A stretch of DNA of 26,603 nt, taken from positions 1 to 26,603 of the forward strand of contig JAGWDQ010000117.1 of the NCBI GenBank assembly GCA_018260615.1, read 5' to 3'. The stretch comes from Candidatus Altarchaeum sp. Its GTDB lineage: Archaea > Altiarchaeota > Altiarchaeia > Altiarchaeales > Altiarchaeaceae. The position numbers and the translations under genes were made by a program. Of this stretch, positions 7,261 through 16,010 are shown piece after piece. The notes below the pieces were generated by a model. It did no database searches. It saw only the letters and a program-made list of their open reading frames with translations, and had not been told where the DNA came from. Numbering within the stretch: position 1 is the stretch's first letter; every line of letters begins with the position of its first letter.

Positions 7261-8372
7261 ATTTTGAATACGATATTGAATTTTTTGACAGGGAAAAGGA
7301 GAAAGAGGAAATTATGAATGTTTTAAGAACAAAACCGCAACTGCTCAATTTTGTGTATGGTCCCATAAACAGCGGAAAGACATCTTTAATTACAAACTTA
7401 ATTGAAAATTTACCTGAAAATTATGTTGTAATATATATCAATTTAAGAGAGCGGGCAATTCCGTCTTATGATGATTTTCTTGAAGTGATTTTTGATGTTA
7501 AATATGAAGGGATATTGACAAAAATTATGCGATTTTTAGGAAGACAAAAAGATACAGTTGATGAGGTAATAAGCGATCTTGGAAAGATGCACAAAATTCC
7601 TATTCCGAAAGGAATTTTCACCAGAATTTTTAAAGAGGAAAAACCAAAAAATGCCTTCATCTATATTTTGGACTTAATCAAAAATATAAAGAAAAAAGGA
7701 AAGAATCCTGTATTTATAATTGATGAATTACAGAAAATCGGAGATGTAAAAACAAACGGATATTTGATTTATGATGTTTTCAACTTTTTCATTCGCCTGA
7801 CAAAAGAATTGCATATCTGTCATGTTTTTGCTTTATCATCCGACTCATTGTTTATTGAAAGGGTTTATAACGAAGCGCTCCTTAAATATAGGTGCAGATA
7901 CCTGTTAGTTGATGATTTTGATGAAAAAACAGCAGGAAAATTTTTGGAAAAGTATGGATTTACAGAAGAAGAGATAAAACTGGCAAATGACTATGTTGGT
8001 GGAAAACCGTCATTACTTACAACGATGATAGATGAGAAGAAAATCGGAAGGGGTCTAAATGACTATGTAGAAAAAGGTCTTGCTGATTCAAAGGAAGAAA
8101 TCGCACAACTGTTATACTACATTAAGACAATTGGTGTAACGATAAAATACCAGGGAAAGGACATTGATGTTAATTATGAAAATACAACAGAGATATTGAA
8201 AAATTTTTCCGGGAACGACTTTTATAAATATTCCGTGATAACTCCCGAACTGTGTTATTTAGTTTCAAAAAACATATTGTTTGTTGATACGAGAGAAAAA
8301 ATAATAAAACCACAGTCAAAATTTGATCTTTTGGCGATAAGGGAAATTTTAAAGGAAATTGAAACAAAATGA
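7245..8372 (+). CDS. Archaeal AAA+ ATPase (ATPase_2 / Methanococcus MJ-type family)
   Basis: 375 aa with FFDREKE, Walker A GPINSGKT, Walker B VFIIDELQ, SSDSLFIE and GGKP motifs typical of this family. Confidence 0.88.
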   Translation: MNTTKNFEYDIEFFDREKEKEEIMNVLRTKPQLLNFVYGPINSGKTSLITNLIENLPENYVVIYINLRERAIPSYDDFLEVIFDVKYEGILTKIMRFLGRQKDTVDEVISDLGKMHKIPIPKGIFTRIFKEEKPKNAFIYILDLIKNIKKKGKNPVFIIDELQKIGDVKTNGYLIYDVFNFFIRLTKELHICHVFALSSDSLFIERVYNEALLKYRCRYLLVDDFDEKTAGKFLEKYGFTEEEIKLANDYVGGKPSLLTTMIDEKKIGRGLNDYVEKGLADSKEEIAQLLYYIKTIGVTIKYQGKDIDVNYENTTEILKNFSGNDFYKYSVITPELCYLVSKNILFVDTREKIIKPQSKFDLLAIREILKEIETK

Positions 8373-8384
8373 ATACAACTAAAA
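8366..8384 (+). repeat. Direct repeat copy 2 over the ATPase stop codon
   Basis: Identical to 7242-7260. Its ATG (8369-8371) overlaps the ATPase TGA (8370-8372). Confidence 0.9.
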
Positions 8385-8498
8385 TTTTTGTCTTTGCTTT
8401 AACTGACAAAATTTAATAATACCTATAACAAATATATAACTACAAAATACTTTAAAATAAACATAAAATAAACACAGGGCTTTAATAATAATTATATG

Positions 8499-8601
8499 CC
8501 CTCTTGTGTTTGTATGGCAGGGTTTGAAGTTTTCATTTTCCCTGCCAGCAGCTTGGGGATTATTTCTAAAATTTAATGAACCAAGTGAATTTGCAAGAGG
8601 G
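8499..8601. other. GC-rich structured intergenic segment (three-way-junction candidate)
   Basis: CCCTCTTG 8499-8506 pairs with CAAGAGGG 8594-8601, TGGCAGGG 8515-8522 with CCCTGCCA 8540-8547, and CTTGG 8552-8556 with CCAAG 8581-8585. No known RNA family was recognised. Confidence 0.35.
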
Positions 8602-8650
8602 ACAATTTCAAATTATACTGCAACAAATATATCCGATAAAATACATAACA

Positions 8651-9058
8651 ATGGCAATAAAAAGATGGGTGTTAGCACCAGCACGGCAACCAAAACAAAA
8701 AGTTCCGGAATCAGCCAAATCAGAAGCGGAGAAAAGATGTAATGAATTTGTTGAATCAGTATTGAAACCAAAATATGTTGTACCTCATCCAAAAAACGAA
8801 GATTCTGTTTATGTTGCAGATATTTATATAAAGTGGCACGGAAACAATTTCCTTTTTTGTGCAAAATACATTGTTCCCGGGCCAAATGCCATATCTCCTT
8901 TTTTTGAAGAAAAATTTGCACGGATAGAATATGTGAGCAAAGATAAATTTAACTTGTCATATATGAGACACACGGGGAAGTGGTTTGAAATTTTTACGGA
9001 AATATCTCTTGACGAATGTATGGATGCCATTAAGAATATGCCTGATTTTATGCTGTAA
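8651..9058 (+). CDS. Conserved hypothetical protein, possibly DUF3024-like
   Basis: The ORF track gives 8576..9058. The internal ATG at 8651 (MAIKRW..., 135 aa) is the more plausible start because the upstream part overlaps the structured segment. The C-terminal FARIEY...FNLSYMRHTGKWFEI...LDEC resembles DUF3024-type proteins (recalled, not verified). Confidence 0.6.
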   Translation: MAIKRWVLAPARQPKQKVPESAKSEAEKRCNEFVESVLKPKYVVPHPKNEDSVYVADIYIKWHGNNFLFCAKYIVPGPNAISPFFEEKFARIEYVSKDKFNLSYMRHTGKWFEIFTEISLDECMDAIKNMPDFML

Positions 9059-9077
9059 ATGCTTAAATTTAAAAATT

Positions 9078-10937
9078 TTAAAGCAACCCATTAACCACAT
9101 CTTCAACATCCTCAATATTCGCCCTTCCCTTAAATTCTCTCATTATTATTCCCTTAAATTTTTCTTTATTTGCTGCTATGCCTGCATCCTTTGCTATAAT
9201 CTCCCGTGCAGCGGTTAAAATTTCGTCCCCTGTTGCCAGTCCCAAATTTCTCTCCTTAATGACATCCCCAATATATTTGTCTTTGCCTTCTTTCTTTGCA
9301 TAGTAAAAAATTTCCGAAACCGACGAATAAGAAATCCGCTTTTCCTCAATAAATTTTAGCACTTTTTCACACAACTCTAAATTTTCCTCTATATTAAACT
9401 CAATTCCATACTTTTTCTTTATCTCTTTTGGTGCCGAAAGTAAAATACCTGCAATTGCCGACGGCTTGACTTTGTATTTTTCAGCAAATTTGTCAAAGAT
9501 GACTGAAATTTTTGAATGTATCAGCTGATTTGCCAGTTCCTTCCCGACCATAGAAGCATATCTCTCAAATTTTGAATCGATCGGCTCGGGTAAATTTTTC
9601 CTTACTTTTTCAATAAATTTCGCATCCGTTTCAATCATAGCAACATCTGTCTCGGGATACATTCTTGACGCACCCGGCAAAGGTCTCATATACTCAGTTT
9701 CTTCTCCTGTTGCCTTTCTCGTTTCTTCGGGAACTCCTGACAAAGTCATTTTTACTCTTTCAACGGCAATTTTCATACCTTTTAAGACATCTTCTGTGTT
9801 GCCTGTGAGCAATATAAATGCATCACTTTCGCAGCAACTTAAAATTTTTCTTACCTCTTTAATTTCATCTTCGCTTATCCCGTAATTAGGCAATTCGTCA
9901 GAGTGAAAAAGACCTTTTAGTTTGGTTCCTGTTTTGACATACCGAGAAATTTCCTTTCCGAGACGCGGTTCCTTGCTGATGCCGCAAAATTTACTCCCGA
10001 GCAGGCTGGAAAAATTTTTTAATTTAACTCCGTAACAGACCTTCTGATTTTCAATCGCACTCTTTATAATCGTACATTGCGTATTTTTAAAAATTTCGCA
10101 TAGAGCAATAAAATTTTCCCCCAATTGCTCGGATTTTGTGCCTCTTGCATTAAGTTCTTCCCTGACAGCAATAAGCATTTCCTGCCTCTTAATCTCATAT
10201 TCCAAAATTTTCGGAATTAAATTTAACTCTTGGCATCCCTTAATTTCAACCCTTGCTCCTCCTTCTATGGAAACATTAACATCCTGCCTTATTGTTCCGA
10301 TTCCTCTTTTAACTTCAAGTGTCCGCAAAATCGTGCCGATTTTTTCGGCAGTTTCCTTTGCGTGCTGCGGATTTAAAATTGACGGGTCCGTTGTAATTTC
10401 TATTAACGGAACTCCAAGCCGGTCAACCCTATAAATTATTTCATCTTCGCTTTCAGAAATTTTTCTTGCTGCGTCCTCTTCAAGACATATAGAAGTTATT
10501 GTCACATCCCCGAGTGATGTTGAAATTTTTCCGTCATAGCCAACCAGAGATGTTCTCTGAAATCCCGATGTATTTGAACCGTCAATAACCGTCTTTCGCA
10601 TAACCTGAATTTTATCAGCGATGTGAGCATTGACTAACAGGCAAAATTTTAAGACAATTGTTAGTGCGTCTTCATTTATATTGTGCGGCGGCTCTTCATC
10701 AAGTTCAACTAAACAGTTTGTATCCCTGTATGCCTGATAAACAATTTCCCTGTTTTTTAAAACCTCCTGCATTGCGGCTTTATCTACTTCGCCTGTTTCT
10801 CCGGCAACCGCCCGCATCCTTCGCCTTACAATAATTTGCGGCTCATCTTCTCTCAATATTGACGGACAACTGCAAAATAATTTGTGCGTGTCAAGTTGCT
10901 GGTGAATTTCAATTCCGCATTTAAATTCGTGTGGCAT
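9078..10937 (-). CDS. gatE: Glu-tRNA(Gln) amidotransferase subunit E
   Basis: 619 aa with GIEIHQQLDTHKLFC, RKTVIDGSNTSGFQRT, LEEDAAR, DRLGVPLIEITT, RGIGTIRQDVNVSI and RPLPGASRMYPETD. Confidence 0.97.
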   Translation of the reverse strand: MPHEFKCGIEIHQQLDTHKLFCSCPSILREDEPQIIVRRRMRAVAGETGEVDKAAMQEVLKNREIVYQAYRDTNCLVELDEEPPHNINEDALTIVLKFCLLVNAHIADKIQVMRKTVIDGSNTSGFQRTSLVGYDGKISTSLGDVTITSICLEEDAARKISESEDEIIYRVDRLGVPLIEITTDPSILNPQHAKETAEKIGTILRTLEVKRGIGTIRQDVNVSIEGGARVEIKGCQELNLIPKILEYEIKRQEMLIAVREELNARGTKSEQLGENFIALCEIFKNTQCTIIKSAIENQKVCYGVKLKNFSSLLGSKFCGISKEPRLGKEISRYVKTGTKLKGLFHSDELPNYGISEDEIKEVRKILSCCESDAFILLTGNTEDVLKGMKIAVERVKMTLSGVPEETRKATGEETEYMRPLPGASRMYPETDVAMIETDAKFIEKVRKNLPEPIDSKFERYASMVGKELANQLIHSKISVIFDKFAEKYKVKPSAIAGILLSAPKEIKKKYGIEFNIEENLELCEKVLKFIEEKRISYSSVSEIFYYAKKEGKDKYIGDVIKERNLGLATGDEILTAAREIIAKDAGIAANKEKFKGIIMREFKGRANIEDVEDVVNGLL

Positions 10938-11193
10938 TTTCGGATAAAAATTTAGTATAAAAATAATGTAAATAAATTAAGTAAATATATTAAGAACACA
11001 AAAATTTAAACACAAAATCACCACATACAAAGGGAAAGATAGTAAAAAATGAGCGTGAAATATTCAATTTACTATGCAAAGTCGGGTTATATCCATACAT
11101 TCCAAAGTCCATGAAATTTTGAAATATATTCGCTTCGCATATTCACTTCACCCTCATATTTTAAATTTTTGCACCCTCTGAATAGTTATAAAT

Positions 11194-11844
11194 TTAATCC
11201 AATCCCGAAACCAAATCATCCAGAACAACTTCCGGATTCTTTGCATTTGTAAATGCCGAAGCAAGCAGGACCCCATCAGCACCTAATTTCATTGCCGCTC
11301 TGACATCCTCGCCGTTGCTTATTCCCGCTCCGCACAAAATTTTAACATTTCCATTAATTTTTCTTACTGCCTTTATCGTATCTGTTATTATTTTCGGATT
11401 TTCTTTTGAGACCGCTTTTCCGCTTCCTATCAGTTCGGGGGGTTCAATAGCAATGAAGTCCGGATTTAATGCGGCAGCCGAAACACTTACGGCTACATTG
11501 TTAGTACATACAACCGAAATCAAATTTAAACTTCTCATCTTTTCAACCAGTGCTTCAATATCTGCAAGTTTCAGCCGATGTTCGGAATGGTTTATCAGAC
11601 ATCCGCTTGCACCTGCCTCTTTTATTGATTCGGGCAAAATAAAGCCCGTGCTGCTTCCGAATTTGATATTATCCGCATGCTGTGCAAAGATCCTGTTCCT
11701 TATTGTCTTGCCGATTAAATAAATATCCGTCGTTTGCGGAATTACAACTACCTCTTTTTGATATTTATCACATATCTTCGCCAGATTTACTGCATTTTGC
11801 CCTGTTGTTGTCTCGTATGTCTTAAAATTTAGAAATACTTTCAT
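11194..11844 (-). CDS. tpiA: Triosephosphate isomerase, short archaeal type
   Basis: 216 aa with NFKTY, INHSEH, IAIEPPELIG, GAGI and GVLLASA. Confidence 0.97.
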   Translation of the reverse strand: MKVFLNFKTYETTTGQNAVNLAKICDKYQKEVVVIPQTTDIYLIGKTIRNRIFAQHADNIKFGSSTGFILPESIKEAGASGCLINHSEHRLKLADIEALVEKMRSLNLISVVCTNNVAVSVSAAALNPDFIAIEPPELIGSGKAVSKENPKIITDTIKAVRKINGNVKILCGAGISNGEDVRAAMKLGADGVLLASAFTNAKNPEVVLDDLVSGLD

Positions 11845-11876
11845 TTTAAATTTTCTTAAAAAACAAATTATAAATA

Positions 11877-11932
11877 AATTAAATTTGTAATTAAATTTGT
11901 AATTAAATTTGTAATTAAATTTGTAATTAAAT
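11877..11932. repeat. Tandem repeat 4.7 x 12 bp (AATTAAATTTGT) in the divergent tpiA/gatC intergenic region
   Basis: Exact units at 11877, 11889, 11901 and 11913, plus a partial unit at 11925-11932. Confidence 0.9.
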
Positions 11933-11945
11933 AAATAAATTTAAA

Positions 11946-12179
11946 ATGGATGAAAATAAAATCAAACAAATTGAAGACGAAGGAAAAAAATTAATAGAGG
12001 ACTTTTCAAAATCACTTGAAAGAATAGAAGAAAAGATTAAAGATGAGAATATGACATGGTATGTTAGCGATATTAATACCATAACGAGAAAGGATGAGGA
12101 TGGTGTTGAAAAAAATTTTAAAGAGTGTTTAAAGAGAAATGCACCGAAGTGGGAAGATGGCTATGTAAAGGTTGATTAA
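11946..12179 (+). CDS. gatC: Asp/Glu-tRNA amidotransferase subunit C (archaeal GatC-like)
   Basis: 77 aa with an N-terminal amphipathic helix (KKLIEDFSKSLERI), TRKDED and NAPKWEDGYVKV, matching the GatC pattern (R.D ... NAP...dGy..v). Confidence 0.72.
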   Translation: MDENKIKQIEDEGKKLIEDFSKSLERIEEKIKDENMTWYVSDINTITRKDEDGVEKNFKECLKRNAPKWEDGYVKVD

Positions 12180-12203
12180 AGGAATTAAACAAAATCAAAC
12201 AGC

Positions 12204-12466
12204 TTAATTTTTTCTCAATGTCAATGTGAAGTATATCTCTAAAATTTCTAAAACGGCAACGATTACAATTATAATTAGAATGTTTCCGGGAAAAATATCG
12301 TCGCTGAATTTTTGAGGCATTTGCAGCAATAAACTAAGAATAAATGCAATCACCAATCATGCAAAAACCAGTATTTGAATTTTGATATAGGTACTTCTGC
12401 TTATTTCAAGCAAGCCGTAAAGCATGACTTTTTCCTGATTTTCAGTTGTCAATTTTCAATCGCCAT
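12204..12466 (-). pseudogene. Disrupted small two-TM membrane protein (not in the ORF track)
   Basis: Manual translation: ATG at 12466 gives MAIEN*. Shifted by one base (or from TTG at 12452) it reads LTTENQEKVMLYGLLEISRSTYIKIQILVFA*LVIAFILSLLLQMPQKFSDDIFPGNILIIIVIVAVLEILEIYFTLTLRKN*. An in-frame TGA lies at 12357-12359 and the final TAA at 12204-12206. Confidence 0.6.
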
Positions 12467-12480
12467 GCTTATTTAAAAAT

Positions 12481-15400
12481 TTAAATTCCACCCAAACCAC
12501 CACTTTGTCCTCCTTTTTCTATTGGTTTGTAGGTATTTGAATTTACGCTCCCCAAACCACTACCTGCACTTTGACCCGCAGGAGATGTTTCTTGTTTTAC
12601 TTCGCCGCCTCCCAATCTACTACTACCTTCATTTTCTCCGCCTTCTTCTTTTGGCTGCACAGTTTCTTCACTTGCTTTCTTCCTTCTTTTTGCCAGCAAA
12701 AACAGGAGCAATAATATTAAAAGCAGGAATAATGCAAGTATAATTAACCACCAAATGTCAAAGTTGCCCGGCTTATCTTTTGCATCGCCCGGATTTGTTT
12801 TATATTTAAAAATTTCGTCGTAGTCGCTTGCTCCGTCACCATCTGTATCGTTGCTTAACGGATTTAAATTGTATTTCGCATAAGTGAAAATTTCATCGTA
12901 ATCGCTGATGCTATCATTATCCGTATCGTTGCTTGTTGCACTGGTTTTGTATTTTAAAATTTCTTCGCTGTCTTTAATTCCGTCTCCATCCTTGTCTGCA
13001 TCAAGCAACGGATCTGTTTTATGGGTAAAAATTTCGTCGTAATCAGTAATTCCATCGCCATCACTATCTGATTTTAACGGGTCTGTCTTATAAACAAAAA
13101 TTTCGTCGTAATCGCTGCTCCCGTCGCCATCAGTATCTGATTTTGTGGGATCTGTTTTATAAGTGAAAATTTCATCGTAATCAGTAATTTTATCGCTATC
13201 GGTATCGTTGCTTAACGGGTTTGTTTTGTATTTTAAAATTTCTTCGCTGTCTTTAATTCCGTCGGTATCTTTATCCTCATCTCTTAAAGGATTTGTTTTA
13301 TAGACAAAAATTTCATCGTAATCGCTGACTCCATCGCCATCAGTATCTTTATTGCCCGGATTTGTTTTGTATTTTAAAATTTCGTCGCTATCTTTAATTC
13401 CATCACCATCTTTATCCGTATCTTTTAACGGGTCTGTTTTATAGACAAAAATTTCATCGTAATCGCTGATGCCGTCTTTATCGGTATCGTTGCTTAACAT
13501 ATCTGTTTTATACTTGTCTCTTTCATCGCTGTTATTTATTTTATCTTTATCTTCGTCCCCGTTTTGTGCATAACATTTTGTTTTATAACAGATATCGAAT
13601 GTTCCGCATGCCGTATCCTGCTGACAACCACCTGACTGGGTGGCATAATTTGTAATCCCTGAACCCAGGCTTGAACTACCACCTGTATCTCTGGTACCTC
13701 CAGTACCTGTAGAACCACTATAATAACATCTATGATTACTATCACAAGAATATCCGGATGAACATGGTTTATTACTGTCACAAAATTCTTCGTCAATTTG
13801 ACCGTTACAATTGTCATCAGCACCATTATAAATTTCTGTTGCACCCTGATTTATGCTTGTATTATTATCATTACAATCACTTGAATCGGCGACATATTTT
13901 GGTTGTTGAGCAGCACATAATGCACTACAATTAGTATTGCATCCGCTAACAGTTCTGTTCTCGGTTCTGTTTCCATAACCATCAATATCCGCATCCCTGT
14001 AACAACTACATGTAATCGTATTATTGCAGCCCTTACATGAAACGGTTATGTTTGCCGATGCATTTAAATTTACCTGCGTTCCGTTTTCCGAATAGGCGGT
14101 TAAATTTGCTAAATTTGTTAATGTTTTATCTTTACAGAAAGTAATATAATACCATTCTGTACAGTCATTTATCTGCACAGGACAGCCAACACTTGAGTCA
14201 GAATATTCTGTTGAAACCTTTATTGAAAATCCACTTAAATTTAGATTCGGAATGCCTGATGCATTTTGAATACTTATCTCCATTACATTATTAGAAAAAT
14301 TTCCAATTATATTTCCTGTAAAAGATTGCGCGGGCGATGTCTTTAATTGATTGTTTTCATAATATACCTTAAAATCCGATGTATTATCATTATTGGTGTC
14401 TATATGTATCCAGTACCTTCTTGTAGAAGTCGGTTGATTATTACTATTGCCTATTGTCCCATTTGGATTTATTTCTACCAAAAAATATAATGTGTCATTA
14501 TTTTGGTTATAATTTACTTTAGTTTCTTTTATATCATAACTTGCTTTTGCAGAGTAATTTACAGATACACAATTACCACTAACATTTTCATCATCTAATG
14601 AATCCGTTTTGTTTCTTGTTACATTTATCCAATCATTTCCATTTCCATCAACAACAATATTTGCATTATCTCCTTCAACAAATCTTGATGAATTTGCGGA
14701 GATATCCCAAAGGTATTCTTCATTTCCCTTTAAATAACTTAAAATTTTATCGAGTAAAGTGAGATTTGTGAAACCATTCGGCATTATATCAATTAAAGTC
14801 AGGTTATAAATAGGACACATTCCATTATTTTTGACCTTTACCGAGAAGTTTGTATTACTTCCAGCCACAACAAAAGAACTTGCATCTTTTGTAAGAGTTA
14901 CATTCGGATTTTCAAAACAATCACAACAATTTGCACAATTTTCACCCAAACTTGAATTACAAATTCCATCACCACAATATTGTTTTTGAGGAATACACCC
15001 TGCTTCATAAGTCAAATTTTTATTTATGCTTTCTGTTGTTCCATTTGGAAGCAAAAAATTTATTCCAACATTTAATGTTAAATTTCTACTTTCGCAAAAA
15101 CTTATGTAATACCAATCTATACAATCACTTATCTGTACAGGACAACCTGTACTTGAGTCAGAATATTCTGTTGAAACCTTTATTGAAAATCCACTTAAAT
15201 TTAGATTCGGAATGCCTGATGCATTTTGAATACTTATCTCCATTACATTATTAGAAAAATTTCCAATTATATTTCCTGTAAAAGATTGCGCGGGCGATGT
15301 CTTTAATTGATTGTTTTCATAATATACCTTAAAATCCGATGTATTATCATTATTGGTGTCTATATGTATCCAGTACCTTCTTGTAGAAGTCGGTTGATTA

Positions 15401-15942
15401 TTACTATTGCCTATTGTCCCATTTGGATTTATTTCTACCAAAAAATATAATGTGTCATTATTTTGGTTATAATTTACTTTAGTTTCTTTTATATCATAAC
15501 TTGCTTTTGCAGAGTAATTTACAGATACACAATTACCACTAACATTTTCATCATCTAATGAATCCGTTTTGTTTCTTGTTACATTTATCCAATCATTTCC
15601 ATTTCCATCAACAACAATATTTGCATTATCTCCTTTATATTGAACATGCTCTTTTACTTCCAAAGGAAAAACCAAATTATTGAATCCGGGAGATAGAATT
15701 TTGCTGCTTAGAAAACTCGTATTTTTAAATTCATCAGGCAATGAAACATTTATAGTTGCATTTACAGATGTATTATAAGGGCTAAAAATTTTTACACTTA
15801 AATTTAAATTTTCGCTTTCATTCAACACCTTCCCGTTCGGACAGACCTTAACTAAATCTGAAATATCCGCACTAACAATTCCCACACTCGCAATTCCGAG
15901 CATTACCACTACCAAAAACCCGATAAAAAATTTTGTATTCAT
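12481..15942 (-). CDS. Membrane-anchored multidomain surface glycoprotein
   Basis: 1153 aa. Order: N-terminal signal peptide; Ig-like region; 180-aa module twice; Cys-rich CGDGIC motif; DUF11-like Ig domain; MopE-type putative metal-binding motif (YRDADIDGYGN...DCNDNN..I...ATEI.NG.DDNCNGQIDE); Gly/Thr/Ser linker; 11 DxDxDGxxDxxE (TSP3-like) Ca-binding repeats; TM (WWLIILALFLLLILLLLFLLA-KRRKK); Gly/Ser-rich tail. NxS/T sequons are numerous. Confidence 0.85.
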   Translation of the reverse strand: MNTKFFIGFLVVVMLGIASVGIVSADISDLVKVCPNGKVLNESENLNLSVKIFSPYNTSVNATINVSLPDEFKNTSFLSSKILSPGFNNLVFPLEVKEHVQYKGDNANIVVDGNGNDWINVTRNKTDSLDDENVSGNCVSVNYSAKASYDIKETKVNYNQNNDTLYFLVEINPNGTIGNSNNQPTSTRRYWIHIDTNNDNTSDFKVYYENNQLKTSPAQSFTGNIIGNFSNNVMEISIQNASGIPNLNLSGFSIKVSTEYSDSSTGCPVQISDCIDWYYISFCESRNLTLNVGINFLLPNGTTESINKNLTYEAGCIPQKQYCGDGICNSSLGENCANCCDCFENPNVTLTKDASSFVVAGSNTNFSVKVKNNGMCPIYNLTLIDIMPNGFTNLTLLDKILSYLKGNEEYLWDISANSSRFVEGDNANIVVDGNGNDWINVTRNKTDSLDDENVSGNCVSVNYSAKASYDIKETKVNYNQNNDTLYFLVEINPNGTIGNSNNQPTSTRRYWIHIDTNNDNTSDFKVYYENNQLKTSPAQSFTGNIIGNFSNNVMEISIQNASGIPNLNLSGFSIKVSTEYSDSSVGCPVQINDCTEWYYITFCKDKTLTNLANLTAYSENGTQVNLNASANITVSCKGCNNTITCSCYRDADIDGYGNRTENRTVSGCNTNCSALCAAQQPKYVADSSDCNDNNTSINQGATEIYNGADDNCNGQIDEEFCDSNKPCSSGYSCDSNHRCYYSGSTGTGGTRDTGGSSSLGSGITNYATQSGGCQQDTACGTFDICYKTKCYAQNGDEDKDKINNSDERDKYKTDMLSNDTDKDGISDYDEIFVYKTDPLKDTDKDGDGIKDSDEILKYKTNPGNKDTDGDGVSDYDEIFVYKTNPLRDEDKDTDGIKDSEEILKYKTNPLSNDTDSDKITDYDEIFTYKTDPTKSDTDGDGSSDYDEIFVYKTDPLKSDSDGDGITDYDEIFTHKTDPLLDADKDGDGIKDSEEILKYKTSATSNDTDNDSISDYDEIFTYAKYNLNPLSNDTDGDGASDYDEIFKYKTNPGDAKDKPGNFDIWWLIILALFLLLILLLLFLLAKRRKKASEETVQPKEEGGENEGSSRLGGGEVKQETSPAGQSAGSGLGSVNSNTYKPIEKGGQSGGLGGI
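12790..13560 (-). repeat. 11 TSP3-like DxDxDGxxD calcium-binding repeats within the surface protein (approximate bounds)
   Basis: About 23-25-aa units such as DTDGDGVSDYDEIFVYKTNP, in two alternating subtypes (D-Y-D-E-I-F and K-D-S-[DE]-E-I-L-K). Confidence 0.85.
14134..15633 (-). repeat. Internal 540-bp (180-aa) duplication in the surface protein, copies at 15094-15633 and 14134-14673
   Basis: The offset is exactly 960 bp. Positions 14191-14675 are identical to 15151-15635 (485 bp), and the remaining ~57 bp have diverged. Confidence 0.95.
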
Positions 15943-16010
15943 TCTTTAAATTTTAAAATTTAATATAATTATAAAAGAAAATAAATAAATCAAATAAAGA
16001 AAACATCGCT

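Noticed and set aside
8499-8601. 5S rRNA, tRNA or hammerhead identity for the structured segment
   Set aside because: GGCAGGG...CCTGCCAGC superficially recalls 5S helix II, but the conserved CCGAAC loop and arm length are absent. There is no TTCGA T-loop and no CTGANGA/GAAA core.
11050-11150. Possible IS-end remnant between gatE and tpiA (CAAAGTC twice; ATATTCRCTTCRC twice)
   Set aside because: There is no matching second terminus, target duplication or transposase fragment, and the matches are too short to support.
449-11722. Antisense ORFs overlapping the KamA-family, antiporter, vapBC, mfnA, ATPase, gatE and tpiA genes
   Set aside because: They fully overlap well-supported genes on the opposite strand and have no recognisable motifs.
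12357-12359. TGA recoding (alternative genetic code or selenocysteine)
   Set aside because: TGA terminates clearly complete genes in this window (KamA family, ATPase), the codon sits in a TM helix, and the ORF has a second apparent lesion.
14134-14673. Intein or Hint interpretation of the nested 180-aa module
   Set aside because: It starts with Gly and ends with Cys, with no N-terminal Cys/Ser, no His-Asn terminus and no Hint block motifs.
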